A stretch of DNA of 59,364 nucleotides, the filler included. It is 4 parts of 4 records of this genome, joined end to end, with 100 filler letters (N's around TTAATTAATTAA, not from the genome) between each part and the next. Parts side by side here need not be neighbours in the genome. Positions count along the whole stretch, not along the records: positions 1 to 30,508 come from DRR723986_5536; 3 more parts are not named here. The stretch is one strand, 5' to 3'. A program made the translations under genes and the position numbers. Under the pieces are notes generated by a model. That model worked only from the letters and a program-made list of their open reading frames with translations. It was not told where the DNA came from and searched no databases. Positions 17,631 to 27,854 of the stretch are shown one piece after another (the stretch's first letter is position 1; each line of letters begins with the position of its first letter).

Positions 17631-19564
17631 GCGGTCGCTCCGGAATTCAGCGGAAAGAGGCAGCGCACACCGCGGGTTTCGGAAGACATCTCAAGCCTGA
17701 TCTCGCCGGTCCGGCAGGAGGTCTGTGCGTGCGGACACCGTTCGGCGAAGGCACAACCGTCCGGCAGGTTGTTGACCACGGGCGGGCGGCCCTCGATTGC
17801 ATCCAGACGACGGTCCGGCTCGCCCAGAACCGGCACGCATTCGATCAGCTTGGCGGTGTAGGGATGACGCGGGTTCGCCAGAACCTCCTCCGTCGTTCCC
17901 GTTTCAACGATCCGGCCCGCATACATCACCGCAACACGGTCACAAAGGGCGGAGACAACGCCGAAATCATGGGTGATGAACAGGATTGCAGCGTTCCGTT
18001 CGCGTCGCAGGCCGTTCATCAGCGTCAGGATTTGCGATTGCACGGTGACGTCGAGCGCGGTGGTCGGCTCGTCCGCAATCAGCACCTTGGCATCGTTGGC
18101 GAGCGCCATGGCAATGCAGACCCTTTGGCGCATGCCACCGGAAAGCTCGTGCGGGTAGGCGGACAATCGTTCCTTCGCATTCGGGATCCGCACAAGCGAA
18201 AGCAGTTCAACGGCTTTCTCCCGTGCTTTTGAGCCGGACATGGGCTGGTGGGTGGTGATCGCTTCCGTCAACTGATCGCCAACGGTGAAGAGCGGGTGCA
18301 GCGTCGACAGCGGATCCTGGAAGACATAGGCAACCGAACCGCCTCTGAGGTCCCGGATACGCCGGTCGCTTGCCGCAAAAAGATCTTCGCCGTCGAGATA
18401 GGCGGCACCGCCGGCAATCCGGCCGGGTGGTGTCGGCACAAGGCCCATGATGGACATGGCCGTTACCGACTTGCCGGATCCGGATTCTCCGACCACGCCC
18501 AGGCATTCGCCCTCTTTCAGGTTCAGATCAACACCGCCGACTGCCTTGTAAACGGAGCTGCCTATCTGGAATTCGGTGCGCATCTGACGGACGTCCAGCA
18601 CACCGCCCTTTTCCGAAGGCGCGGGGATCTCGTCGGGCTTGCGATGCACCGCTGTTCGAGAGACCGGCCGGGTGAGGGACCCGGCACGCAGGCGCGGGTC
18701 AAGGATATCGCGTACGCCGTCGCCGAAGAGGTTGATACTCATGACCAGCGCAAAGATCATCAGGCCCGGAATGATGGAGACATGCGGCGCGGTAAAGAGG
18801 ATCTTGCGGCCTTCACCCAGCATGGAGCCAAGGTCTGCCTGTGGCGGCTGGGCCCCCAGGCCGAGGAAGGACAGGCCGGCCGTTTCGAGGATCATCCAGC
18901 CGACGGTCGTCGACATGGTGATGACGATGACCGGCAAGACGTTGGGCAGAATTTCCAGAAACAGGATCTGCACCGGTGATTTGCCGGACAGCCTTGCCGC
19001 GTCAACAAACTCTCTTCGGGATAGCCCGAGCGTAATACCGCGAATGTTGCGGGCAAAGAACGGTATGTTGACGAGCGCGATGGCGTAAAGCGCGTTGAGC
19101 AGCCCAGGGCCGAGCACGGCGACGATGGCCAGTGCCAACAGAATGTAGGGAAACGCCATCACCATATCGATGCCGCGCATGATCAGAGTGTCCGTTCGCC
19201 CGCCGGCGTATCCGGCGACCAGTCCCAGAAGCGAGCCGAAGAAGGCAGCGATTATTGTTGCCGACAGACCGACGGCAAGCGAAATGCGTGTCCCCCAGAT
19301 CAGCCGCGAAAGGATGTCCCTGCCCAAGTGATCGGTGCCAAGCAGGTGTCCTTCGGTAAAGACCGGCAGAAGACGGTCTGCCGGGGCGGTAACGTCCGGG
19401 TTCGCCAGCGGCAGGATCGGCGCTGCCAGAGCGATAAGACAGATCAGCACCAGAACGACAAGGCCGCTGGTTGCCAGCGAATTGTTGAGCAGCAGCGCAA
19501 GTGTCCCCGGGCGCGAGGATTTTGCCTTCTCCTTGGAAGGGGCGCTCATGGTCGTGTCACTCAT
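17627..19564 (-). CDS. Fused dipeptide ABC permease (DppC-like) + ATP-binding domain (DppD-like)
   Basis: LGTDHLGRD, EFVDAARLSG permease loop, then GESGSGKS, LSGGMRQR, ADEPTTALD. Confidence 0.93.
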   Translation of the reverse strand: MSDTTMSAPSKEKAKSSRPGTLALLLNNSLATSGLVVLVLICLIALAAPILPLANPDVTAPADRLLPVFTEGHLLGTDHLGRDILSRLIWGTRISLAVGLSATIIAAFFGSLLGLVAGYAGGRTDTLIMRGIDMVMAFPYILLALAIVAVLGPGLLNALYAIALVNIPFFARNIRGITLGLSRREFVDAARLSGKSPVQILFLEILPNVLPVIVITMSTTVGWMILETAGLSFLGLGAQPPQADLGSMLGEGRKILFTAPHVSIIPGLMIFALVMSINLFGDGVRDILDPRLRAGSLTRPVSRTAVHRKPDEIPAPSEKGGVLDVRQMRTEFQIGSSVYKAVGGVDLNLKEGECLGVVGESGSGKSVTAMSIMGLVPTPPGRIAGGAAYLDGEDLFAASDRRIRDLRGGSVAYVFQDPLSTLHPLFTVGDQLTEAITTHQPMSGSKAREKAVELLSLVRIPNAKERLSAYPHELSGGMRQRVCIAMALANDAKVLIADEPTTALDVTVQSQILTLMNGLRRERNAAILFITHDFGVVSALCDRVAVMYAGRIVETGTTEEVLANPRHPYTAKLIECVPVLGEPDRRLDAIEGRPPVVNNLPDGCAFAERCPHAQTSCRTGEIRLEMSSETRGVRCLFPLNSGATA

Positions 19565-20508
19565 CAGCGCAACCTCGGATCAAGAATGGTCTGCACCACG
19601 TCTGCGAGCAGATTGAAGAGAACATAGGCGGCGGCGACCACCAGAACCCCGCCCTGGACCAGCAGCAGATCGCGGGTGGAAATGGCGGTCACGAGCATGG
19701 ATCCGATGCCCGGCCACTGGAACACCGTCTCGATATAGACAGCACCGCCGATGACAAAGCCGGCCTGGATGCCGATGACCGGCACCACGCCGACGAGGGC
19801 CGACTTGAATGCGTGCTTGTAGATGACCTTGCGTTCCGACAGGCCCTTGGCGCGGGCGGTGCGGATATAGTCCTGACGCAGCACTTCCAGCATGGCGGTG
19901 CGCGTCAACCGGGCAATGACGCCGGTCGCGACCACCGAAAGTGTCAGCGCGGGCAGGGTGAGGTGATGGATCAGGTCGGGCAAGTCGCCGCCACCATAGA
20001 TCGCGTACATGCCGGACGCCGGAAACAGGCGCAGATTGACGGCAAAGACCAGGATCAGCAGCAGGCCGAGCCAGAAAGACGGGGTCGAGATACCGATCAG
20101 AACGAGCAGCGTGATGATCTTGTCCGCCCAGCCGTACTGCCGGACGGCGGAAACAATACCGGCAAGAAGGCCGAAGATCGAGCACAGGATGAGCGAGGTT
20201 CCGGCCAGAATGAGGGTCGCTGAAAAGCGCTCCATCACTTCATCCAGCACCGGACGATTGAGCGTGTAGGAGCGGCCGAGATCACCCTGGAACAGGTTGC
20301 CGATCCAGATGACGTATTGCTCGAACAGGGTTTTGTCGAGGCCGAGATCGCGGTTGAGCTTGGCGACATTTTCCGGTGTCGCGTAGGAGCCGAGAATGGC
20401 GGTTGCCGGGTCTCCCGGGATCATCGCCATGATCAGGAAGACGATGATCGTCAGCCCGAACAGGACCGGAATGGCAGCCAGCAGACGCTTGGCGATATAG
20501 GAAGCCAA
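19564..20508 (-). CDS. Dipeptide ABC permease (DppB-like)
   Basis: PGDPA, GDLGRS, DYIRTARAKG, ETVFQWPGIG. Start placed at the TTG at 20508 behind RBS GAGGGAG. Confidence 0.92.
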   Translation of the reverse strand: MASYIAKRLLAAIPVLFGLTIIVFLIMAMIPGDPATAILGSYATPENVAKLNRDLGLDKTLFEQYVIWIGNLFQGDLGRSYTLNRPVLDEVMERFSATLILAGTSLILCSIFGLLAGIVSAVRQYGWADKIITLLVLIGISTPSFWLGLLLILVFAVNLRLFPASGMYAIYGGGDLPDLIHHLTLPALTLSVVATGVIARLTRTAMLEVLRQDYIRTARAKGLSERKVIYKHAFKSALVGVVPVIGIQAGFVIGGAVYIETVFQWPGIGSMLVTAISTRDLLLVQGGVLVVAAAYVLFNLLADVVQTILDPRLR

Positions 20509-20568
20509 TGGTCTCTCCCTCTTTCTGAGTGCGGCCGGCCATTTCCTGAAGCCTTGCCGCCTCCGCAA

Positions 20569-20675
20569 CCTCATCCTGAGGAGCGCATTTATGCGCGTCT
20601 CGAAGGATGGGCGGCACACTCCGGAGCAAGTGACCCATCCTTCGAGACAGCGCCTTGCGCTTCCTCAGGATGAGG
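20569..20675. repeat. 107-bp nested palindromic intergenic element (alphaproteobacterial REP/MITE-like)
   Basis: Outer arms CCTCATCCTGAGGA / TCCTCAGGATGAGG; perfect inner arms GTCTCGAAGGATGGG / CCCATCCTTCGAGAC; small side hairpins GCGCAtttaTGCGC and AGCGCcttGCGCT. Confidence 0.8.
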
Positions 20676-20743
20676 GTGTGTTGTGTCGCCGGGGTGCGCC
20701 TTTACGTTTCCTTCGGCACTTGCTGCGTGCAGGTCCGAATACG

Positions 20744-20777
20744 AAAATCCCGGCGAACCGTTCAAGGTCCGCCGGGA
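20744..20777 (-). terminator. Stem-loop + T tract after dipeptide SBP gene
   Basis: Minus strand TCCCGGCGGACC-ttgaac-GGTTCGCCGGGA-tttt. Confidence 0.6.
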
Positions 20778-20788
20778 GACGTGTCGTC

Positions 20789-22348
20789 TTACTGAGGCTT
20801 CTTGACGTCCTGAAGCATCAGGAAGAAGGACGGCTGCAGCTTGAAGTCTTCAACCGATGCCTTGGTGACGGCATTCTGTTTCCAGTTGGCAACGAAGACC
20901 CAGGGGGCGTCCTCCTGGACGATTTCCTGCATTTCCTTGTAGAGCCTTGCACGTTCTTCCTGGTTGGTTTCCTCGCGGGCATTTTCCAGAAGCTCGTCCA
21001 CCTTGGCGTTGGAATAATAGCCGGAGTTGAACCCGCCCTGTTCGGGCATCGCTTCGGTGCGCAGGGCCAGGAACGGAAGCGTGTCCGGGTCATTGGTCAT
21101 CCAGGCCATTTCCGCCATGGAAGCCTTGCCTTGCAGACCCGGGTTCACCTTGCCGAGGAAGGTGTTCCATTCATAGGTCTCGATCTTGACCTTCATGCCG
21201 ACGGCCTGGAGATCGGCCTGGATGGCCGTGCCCATGGCAACCGGGTCGAGCATGCCGGAGCCGCCTTCGGTGACATAGAAAGTAACTTCCTGTCCGGCGT
21301 ATTCAGCTTCCTTCAGGAGTTCCTTGGCCTTTTCCGGATCGTAGGGATAGGGCTCCAGGCTCTCGTTGTAGGCCCAGGCAAAGGCAGGAGGTGTCGGCCC
21401 TGCTGCGACGTCGGCCGTACCTTGCAGGATGTTTTCCACCAGCGCCTTCTTGTTGATGGCGTAGTTGGCGGCCTGGCGCGCGGCCTTGACGTCAAACGGT
21501 GCTTCGCGGGTGTTCAGGATCAGGAACCAGACGTGAGGTCCGGCCTGTTCCAGCACCTTGAACGTTGAATCGTCCTTGAACTGCTGCAGGCTGTCCGGCG
21601 GGACTTCAACCATCACGTCCAGTCCACCGGAGAGCATTTCGGCGATCCTTGTGTTGGCGTCGGTGATCGGACGGTAGATCAACGCTTCCAGGTCCGGAGC
21701 GCCATCCCAGTAGTCTTCGTTCTTGACGGCAACCACCTTGGCGTTGGCTTCCCATTCGGCAAACTTGTAGGCGCCGGTACCGGACGGATTGCGGCCGAAA
21801 TCCTTGCCGTATTGCTTGACGGCCTCGGGGGAGACAATCAGACCCGTCGGATAGGCAAGGTTCGACAGGAACGGCGCGTAAGGGGCACTCAGGTTGAAGG
21901 TGACGGTGGTTTCGTTGTCGACGACCACGTCCTCAACAGTGGAGAAGAAGAACGCGAGCGGGAAGGGACCCGTATCGTGATAGGGGTTTTCCTCGTTCAG
22001 CATACGGTCGAAGTTGAACTTCACCGCTTCCGCGTTGAAGGGGGAACCGTCGTGGAATTTGATGCCTTCACGCAGCTTGAACGTGTAGGTCTTGCCGTCC
22101 TCCGAAATGGTCCAGCTTTCGGCAAGGGACGGTTCGACTTCCAGGGTGCCGTCCTTGTAGCGCACAAGTCCGTCATACAAGTTCACCAGAATGCGGAAAT
22201 CGTTCACCGCGGTGACTGCGTGCGGGTCGAGTGACTTGGGTTCCGCGATCTGGCCGACAACCAGAACATTGGGCGGAGTTTGCGCCTGCACCTGGGGTGC
22301 AAAGGCGAGGAAGGCCGAGGCGAAAGCCGCGGCTAGGAATCTTTTCAT
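20789..22348 (-). CDS. Family 5 ABC substrate-binding protein (DppA/OppA-like)
   Basis: Signal peptide MKRFLAAAF...AQ; SLDP, LAESWTISEDGKTYTFKLREGIKFHDG, GTGAYKF. Start at the ATG at 22348 behind RBS GAGGGG. Confidence 0.94.
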   Translation of the reverse strand: MKRFLAAAFASAFLAFAPQVQAQTPPNVLVVGQIAEPKSLDPHAVTAVNDFRILVNLYDGLVRYKDGTLEVEPSLAESWTISEDGKTYTFKLREGIKFHDGSPFNAEAVKFNFDRMLNEENPYHDTGPFPLAFFFSTVEDVVVDNETTVTFNLSAPYAPFLSNLAYPTGLIVSPEAVKQYGKDFGRNPSGTGAYKFAEWEANAKVVAVKNEDYWDGAPDLEALIYRPITDANTRIAEMLSGGLDVMVEVPPDSLQQFKDDSTFKVLEQAGPHVWFLILNTREAPFDVKAARQAANYAINKKALVENILQGTADVAAGPTPPAFAWAYNESLEPYPYDPEKAKELLKEAEYAGQEVTFYVTEGGSGMLDPVAMGTAIQADLQAVGMKVKIETYEWNTFLGKVNPGLQGKASMAEMAWMTNDPDTLPFLALRTEAMPEQGGFNSGYYSNAKVDELLENAREETNQEERARLYKEMQEIVQEDAPWVFVANWKQNAVTKASVEDFKLQPSFFLMLQDVKKPQ

Positions 22349-22377
22349 GACCATTCCCCTCGTTGTTTCTGACGAAT

Positions 22378-22395
22378 AATTAATCATGATTAATT
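22378..22395. promoter_or_regulatory. Perfect 18-bp palindrome AATTAATCATGATTAATT, candidate FadR operator in a divergent promoter
   Basis: Self-complementary, in the AT-rich region between the divergent SBP and hydrolase genes. Confidence 0.65.
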
Positions 22396-22495
22396 GCAAT
22401 GCTGCAATAATTATTTCATATTTATTTTCGCTCGAGGGTTGTGCTCTCGATGCCAGATAAACGCTTAAGCGCTGATAAATAAGGGGGAAACAAGG

Positions 22496-23737
22496 ATGCC
22501 GCAGCACGCAATCCGTATCGACCCGGAGCGTCTCAAAACGCTTCTCAACGGAGTGAATCGCTTCGGCTTTGTTCCTGAAACCGGCGGCTACACGCGACCA
22601 GGCTTCACTCAGGTCGATCTGGAGTGCAGGGATTGGTTCGAGGCGCAGATGAGGGCCGACGATCTGCAGGTGTGGAGAGACGGCGCACTAAACCTGTTTG
22701 GCCGGTATGGACCTGAGGACGGGCCGTGCGTCATGGCCGGATCGCATCTCGACACCGTGGTCAATGGCGGTGCTTTTGACGGAGCGCTCGGCGCCTGTGT
22801 TGCGCTGGAATGCGTGCGAACGATGAAGGATGCCGGAATAACGCCCCGGACAGCGATCGAAGTTGCCGCGACTTCCGAAGAAGAGGGCCGTTTCGGGGGC
22901 ATGCTCGGCTCACAGGCCATATCCGGGGCGATCACTCCGGCATGGATCGAGCAGGCGATTGATGCCGACGGGATCCGGCTGCGCGATGCCATGAACAGTC
23001 TGGGTCTCGAGCCGATGGACATCCTGAAAGCAGCCCGGCCGGCCGGTTCGATAAATGCCTTTCTGGAACTCCATATCGAGCAGGGGCCGGTTCTTGAAGC
23101 CGAAGAATTTCCCATCGGCATCGCCGAGGAGGTTTCCGGTGTCTGTTATCTGGAGTTGGAACTGACTGGAATCGCCAATCATTCCGGGACAACACCCATG
23201 CATCTGCGGGCGGATGCATTTGCCGGACTTTCCGAGCTTGCCGGGACAATTCCGGATCTGATCCAGATGCACGGCACCGACCAGAGCCGGTTTACCATTG
23301 GTCATGTCGAACTTTCGCCGAACCATCCCCACACGATTCCAGGTCGCGCAGTCTTTTCGGTGATTCTGCGTGACACGTCGGAAGAGATAATGGTGGGGCT
23401 GAAATCGCGTTTTCTGGAAAGCGCCGACATTGTCGCAAACCGGCACCGACTGAAATTGAACAAGACCGAGAGGAGCTGGTTGTCACCGGTTTCGCTGGAA
23501 AGCGAGCTTGCCGACAAGCTCGCCGACCTTGCCGAACGCAACGAATTACCGGCGCGGCGTATGCCTTCCGGAGCCGGTCACGATGCCCAGACAATGCAGT
23601 CTTTCTGCCCTTCCGGGCTGATCTTCGTTCCCAGCCGGGCCGGCATAAGCCATGCTCCCGAAGAACACAGCGACTGGTCGGATATCGAGAAGGGGGCGAA
23701 CCTCATGCTGCAGGCATTGCTCGACTTGTCCGGCTAA
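22496..23737 (+). CDS. M20 Zn-dependent amidohydrolase (allantoate amidohydrolase / N-carbamoyl-amino acid hydrolase family)
   Basis: GSHLDTV, FDGALG, EEEGRF, ELHIEQG, NHSGTTPM, GAGHDAQ, SHAPEE. Confidence 0.92.
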   Translation: MPQHAIRIDPERLKTLLNGVNRFGFVPETGGYTRPGFTQVDLECRDWFEAQMRADDLQVWRDGALNLFGRYGPEDGPCVMAGSHLDTVVNGGAFDGALGACVALECVRTMKDAGITPRTAIEVAATSEEEGRFGGMLGSQAISGAITPAWIEQAIDADGIRLRDAMNSLGLEPMDILKAARPAGSINAFLELHIEQGPVLEAEEFPIGIAEEVSGVCYLELELTGIANHSGTTPMHLRADAFAGLSELAGTIPDLIQMHGTDQSRFTIGHVELSPNHPHTIPGRAVFSVILRDTSEEIMVGLKSRFLESADIVANRHRLKLNKTERSWLSPVSLESELADKLADLAERNELPARRMPSGAGHDAQTMQSFCPSGLIFVPSRAGISHAPEEHSDWSDIEKGANLMLQALLDLSG

Positions 23738-23896
23738 CCTGTTTGCTGGTGTCTGCCGGCTTCTGCAACTTTCGCTCTTTCAATGCCGCGCGGGCTCGGC
23801 TAGGCTTTTCAAAAGTAAAGCATATCGTTCCTGGCGGGCGCGCCGCCACAAGTGTTGCAAACAGACAGTCCCTATCCATTTTTCAACGGGGGTGCC

Positions 23897-24829
23897 ATGG
23901 TTGATCGGATTGCCGGACTAAGGGTCCGTATTGCCTTGAGGTCTGCCGCGACGGTCGGCCTCGTATGCCTTTTCCCGTTGTTACAAGGTTGTGCGCTTTC
24001 CGATGCGCCGGTGCTCTTCCCGAAAGGGCCTATCGCGTTGGCGGAACGGGATCTGCTGTTCACGGCATTCGGTATCATGATGATCGTTGCCATTCCTGCG
24101 ATCATACTAACGCTGCTGTTCGCCTGGCGATATCGCAAGCGTAATGGCAACACCGCGGATTATGCGCCCGAGTGGGATGGTTCCTGGGGCATTGAAGCCG
24201 TGGTCTGGCTGGTTCCAGCTGCGATCGTGATTGTCATCGGAACCATTGTCTGGGATGCGACCCACAGGCTCGACCCTTACAAGGCCCTGGCGTCCGATAA
24301 GCCGGCTTTCAAGGTGCAGGCCGTCGCACTCGACTGGAAATGGCTGTTCTTATACCCGGAACTCGGCACGGCCAGCGTGAATGAACTGGCTTTTCCCGCA
24401 GACAGGCCGCTGACCATCGAGATCACTTCCGACACGGTCATGAATTCACTGATGATCCCCGCACTCGGTGGCCAGATCTACGCCATGGCGGGCATGCGCT
24501 CTGAACTTAACCTGATCGCAGATGGTCCAGGCACCTTCAACGGCCGCAACACAATGTATTCCGGCGACGGCTTTTCCGACCAGCACTTCAAGGCTCATGC
24601 CATGAACGAAGCGGATTTCACCGCCTGGAAGGAAAAGGCAACAGGATCCGCTGACGTGCTGGACGCCAAGACCTATGTGGACTTGCACAAGCAGAGCGTT
24701 GCCGATCCAGTCCGGCATTATTCGTCTTACGAGACGGATCTCTTTTCGATCATCCTGCGCAAATACGCGCCGATTGTCGGCCCTTACGAAAGCAAGGCCG
24801 CCGAACTCATCTGCCGGGGGGCTGTTTGA
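23897..24829 (+). CDS. cyoA: Ubiquinol oxidase subunit II
   Basis: Lipobox [37 protein letters not shown]; no CuA motif. Confidence 0.93.
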   Translation: MVDRIAGLRVRIALRSAATVGLVCLFPLLQGCALSDAPVLFPKGPIALAERDLLFTAFGIMMIVAIPAIILTLLFAWRYRKRNGNTADYAPEWDGSWGIEAVVWLVPAAIVIVIGTIVWDATHRLDPYKALASDKPAFKVQAVALDWKWLFLYPELGTASVNELAFPADRPLTIEITSDTVMNSLMIPALGGQIYAMAGMRSELNLIADGPGTFNGRNTMYSGDGFSDQHFKAHAMNEADFTAWKEKATGSADVLDAKTYVDLHKQSVADPVRHYSSYETDLFSIILRKYAPIVGPYESKAAELICRGAV

Positions 24830-26868
24830 TGCTGGGACGTCTTACGATTGAGGCCCTGCCGTTCTATTCCTGGGTGGCCATGGGTGGGGCGGCAGTAACC
24901 GTTGGCGGCGGCATTGCCGTGTTCCTGCTGATCACCTGGCTGCGCGCATGGAAAGTTCTCTGGACAGACTGGCTGACCAGTGTCGATCACAAGAAAATCG
25001 GCATCATGTATGTGGTGCTGGCTCTGGTGATGCTGGTGCGCGGGTTTGTCGATGCTCTCATGATGCGCGCGCAACAGGCGGTTTCCCTGAACAGCGAAGG
25101 TTACCTTCCGCCGGAGCATTTCGAGCAGATCTTTTCCTCTCACGGCACCATCATGATCTTTTTCGTGGCGATGCCGTTCCTGACCGGGCTCATCAACATC
25201 ATCGTGCCGCAACAGATCGGCGCGCGGGATGTCGCCTTTCCGTTCCTGAATTCCGTCAGCCTCTGGATGACGGCCGCCGGTGCGGCTCTGGTGCTGATAT
25301 CGCTTGTGGTCGGCAAGTTCTCTCAAGCCGGCTGGACCGGGTATCCGCCATATTCGGGGGCTGAATACAGTCCGGGTGTGGGGGTCGACTACTGGCTATG
25401 GGCGCTGATCATCAGCGGGGTGGGCAGTACGCTCTCAGGCATCAACTTCATCGTGACCATCGTCAAGAACCGCTGCCCGGGCATGACTTTCATGCGCATG
25501 CCGATGTTCACCTGGACGACACTGTGCATTTCCATCCTGATTGCCTTCGCCTTTCCGGCGCTGACGGTGGTCGCCGGTCAGTTGACACTCGATCGCACGC
25601 TTGGCTTCCATTTCTTCACCAACGGTGACGGCGGCAACATGATGATGTTTGCCAACCTGCTGTGGATCTGGGGTCATCCGGAGGTCTACATCCTGATCTT
25701 GCCGGCCTTCGGTATCTTTTCCGAAGTGGTGGCGACATTCTCGCGCAAGCGGCTGTTCGGTTACACTTCACTGGTCTATGCGACCGCCTGTATCGCGCTG
25801 CTGTCGTTCACAGTCTGGCTGCACCACTTCTTCACGATGGGCTCGTCTGCCAATGTGAATGCCATATTCGGCATCGCGACGATGATCATCGCGGTGCCGA
25901 CGGGGGTGAAGATCTTCGACTGGCTGTTCACCATGTACAAGGGCCGGATCGAGTTTCACACGTCCATGGTCTACACCATCGGCTTCATGGTGACCTTCGT
26001 CATCGGTGGCGTGACCGGGGTGCTGCTGGCCCTGCCGCCCGCCGACTACCTGATGCACAATTCCACCTTCCTGGTGGCGCACTTCCACAACATGCTGATC
26101 CCGGGTGCTCTTTTCGGTTATTTTGCCGGCATGAACTACTGGTTCCCCAAAGCCTTCGGTTTCAAGCTGGACGCCAAATGGGGCATGCGGTCCTTCTGGT
26201 GCTGGATCATCGGTTTCTATCTCGCCTTCATGCCGCTCTACGTCCTTGGCTTCAAGGGCATGAGCCGGCGGATGGAGCATTATGCCGACCCCACCTGGCA
26301 ACCCTATCTGATCGTCGCTGCGATCGGGGCTCTGTTCGTCCTGTGCGGCATCGCCTGCATTGCCATCCAGCTTTACGTTTCGGCCAGGAAATGGGGATCC
26401 GCCAGGGACATCACGGGGGACCCGTGGAACGGTCGTACCCTGGAATGGGCGACGTCCTCTCCGCCAGCTGCCTATAACTTCGCGGTTCTGCCCGAGGTGA
26501 CCGATATCGACGCGTTCCACGACATGAAGATCCGGGGGGAGGCCTATCAGCCGCCGCAGCATTACGAAGACATCGTCATGCCGAAAAACACCTGGATCGG
26601 CCCGGTGCTTGGTGCGCTGGCCTTTGTGCTCGGTTTTGCCTTCATCTGGTACATCTGGTGGCTCGTCGCCCTGAGCTTCGTGCTGTCTCTCGTATGTGTC
26701 GGTATCCGGGCGTCCGACGACAACAGCGAATTCGTGTTGTCTGCAGCAGAAGTCGCCCGGATCGAGCGTGAACGCCTCGCTCAGATCTCGCCGGCCGACC
26801 TGCACGACATGCGCGATTTTGTGCCGCGCGGTGCCGCCTCTGGCGCACCGTTGTCCGGAACGGTTTGA
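24829..26868 (+). CDS. cyoB: Ubiquinol oxidase subunit I (heme-copper)
   Basis: SVDHKKIG, quinol-site R..D and H..Q (VRGFVD, PPEHFEQ), [26 protein letters not shown]. Confidence 0.96.
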   Translation: MLGRLTIEALPFYSWVAMGGAAVTVGGGIAVFLLITWLRAWKVLWTDWLTSVDHKKIGIMYVVLALVMLVRGFVDALMMRAQQAVSLNSEGYLPPEHFEQIFSSHGTIMIFFVAMPFLTGLINIIVPQQIGARDVAFPFLNSVSLWMTAAGAALVLISLVVGKFSQAGWTGYPPYSGAEYSPGVGVDYWLWALIISGVGSTLSGINFIVTIVKNRCPGMTFMRMPMFTWTTLCISILIAFAFPALTVVAGQLTLDRTLGFHFFTNGDGGNMMMFANLLWIWGHPEVYILILPAFGIFSEVVATFSRKRLFGYTSLVYATACIALLSFTVWLHHFFTMGSSANVNAIFGIATMIIAVPTGVKIFDWLFTMYKGRIEFHTSMVYTIGFMVTFVIGGVTGVLLALPPADYLMHNSTFLVAHFHNMLIPGALFGYFAGMNYWFPKAFGFKLDAKWGMRSFWCWIIGFYLAFMPLYVLGFKGMSRRMEHYADPTWQPYLIVAAIGALFVLCGIACIAIQLYVSARKWGSARDITGDPWNGRTLEWATSSPPAAYNFAVLPEVTDIDAFHDMKIRGEAYQPPQHYEDIVMPKNTWIGPVLGALAFVLGFAFIWYIWWLVALSFVLSLVCVGIRASDDNSEFVLSAAEVARIERERLAQISPADLHDMRDFVPRGAASGAPLSGTV

Positions 26869-26879
26869 GGGAGGGGCCG

Positions 26880-27473
26880 ATGTCTGCTGCAACCATCCTT
26901 GAAGAGGAAGAGAAGCACTCCCTTCATTCCAGGGAATTCGGGTTCTGGATCTATCTGATGACCGACGCGGTCATCTTCGCGCTGTTGTTTGCGACCTACG
27001 CTGTCCTGTCGGAAAACTCCGCAGCCGGTCCGACGTCAAAAGAGCTCTTCGATCTCAGCAGGACTGCCGTTGAAACCGGCTTGCTGCTGGTCTCCAGCCT
27101 GACCTTCGGGATGGCGAGCATTGCGCTGATGAACGACCATAAGGGCCGCGTGGTCCAATGGCTCTTTGTGACCTTGCTGCTCGGCTTCGCGTTTCTGGCA
27201 ATGGAGCTGAGTGAATTTGCCGGCATGATCGAAAAAGGTGCGGGTCCGGAGGTAAGCGGCTTTCTGTCCGCCTTCTTCACGCTGGTAGGTACACACGGAC
27301 TGCACGTTGCGTTCGGGGCACTCGGGATCGTGGTTATGATTGGCCAGATCATGGTCAAGGGCCTGACGCCGCCGGTTCGTTCCCGGTTGATGCGGCTCGG
27401 GCTGTTCTGGCATTTTCTCGATATTGTCTGGATCGGGATCTTTTCGGCGGTCTATCTGCCGGGCGTTCTATAG
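26880..27473 (+). CDS. cyoC: Ubiquinol oxidase subunit III
   Basis: FGFWIYLMTD, SAFFTLVGTHGLHV, FWHFLDIVW. Confidence 0.95.
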   Translation: MSAATILEEEEKHSLHSREFGFWIYLMTDAVIFALLFATYAVLSENSAAGPTSKELFDLSRTAVETGLLLVSSLTFGMASIALMNDHKGRVVQWLFVTLLLGFAFLAMELSEFAGMIEKGAGPEVSGFLSAFFTLVGTHGLHVAFGALGIVVMIGQIMVKGLTPPVRSRLMRLGLFWHFLDIVWIGIFSAVYLPGVL

Positions 27474-27482
27474 GGGGCACAT

Positions 27483-27788
27483 ATGAACCATTCCGCTGAA
27501 CGCAGCCTGTCTACCTATCTCACCGGGTTTGTGCTTGCAGTTGTGCTGACGGCAATTCCCTTCGCCCTGGTCTGGGGCGGTCTGCTCACAGGCAGTGCCG
27601 TATATTTCGTCATCGCCGTTGCCGCGGTTCTGCAGGTGATCGTTCACCTGGTATTTTTTCTACACATCGACCTGAAATCCACCCCGGTCGAAAACCTGTT
27701 CTTTCTGGCCTTTGCCGCGGTGCTCATTTTCATCATGGTCGGCGGCAGTCTCTGGATCATGATGGATCTGCACCACCGCATGCAGTGA
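27483..27788 (+). CDS. cyoD: Ubiquinol oxidase subunit IV
   Basis: YLTGFVLAVVLTAIPF, QVIVHLVFFLH, GSLWIM. Confidence 0.94.
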   Translation: MNHSAERSLSTYLTGFVLAVVLTAIPFALVWGGLLTGSAVYFVIAVAAVLQVIVHLVFFLHIDLKSTPVENLFFLAFAAVLIFIMVGGSLWIMMDLHHRMQ

Positions 27789-27854
27789 ATGCCTGGTGGC
27801 CATTGAGGCGTCTCGCCGCAATCGACGACCAGCCTGTTCGAAAGGGAGAATGAC

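Noticed and set aside
17627-19564. DppC-DppD permease-ATPase fusion as a novelty
   Set aside because: This fusion is a fairly familiar architecture among peptide-family ABC systems.
23780-23850. GC-rich dyads upstream of cyoA as a RegA/PrrA site
   Set aside because: The match is too degenerate to distinguish from background GC richness.
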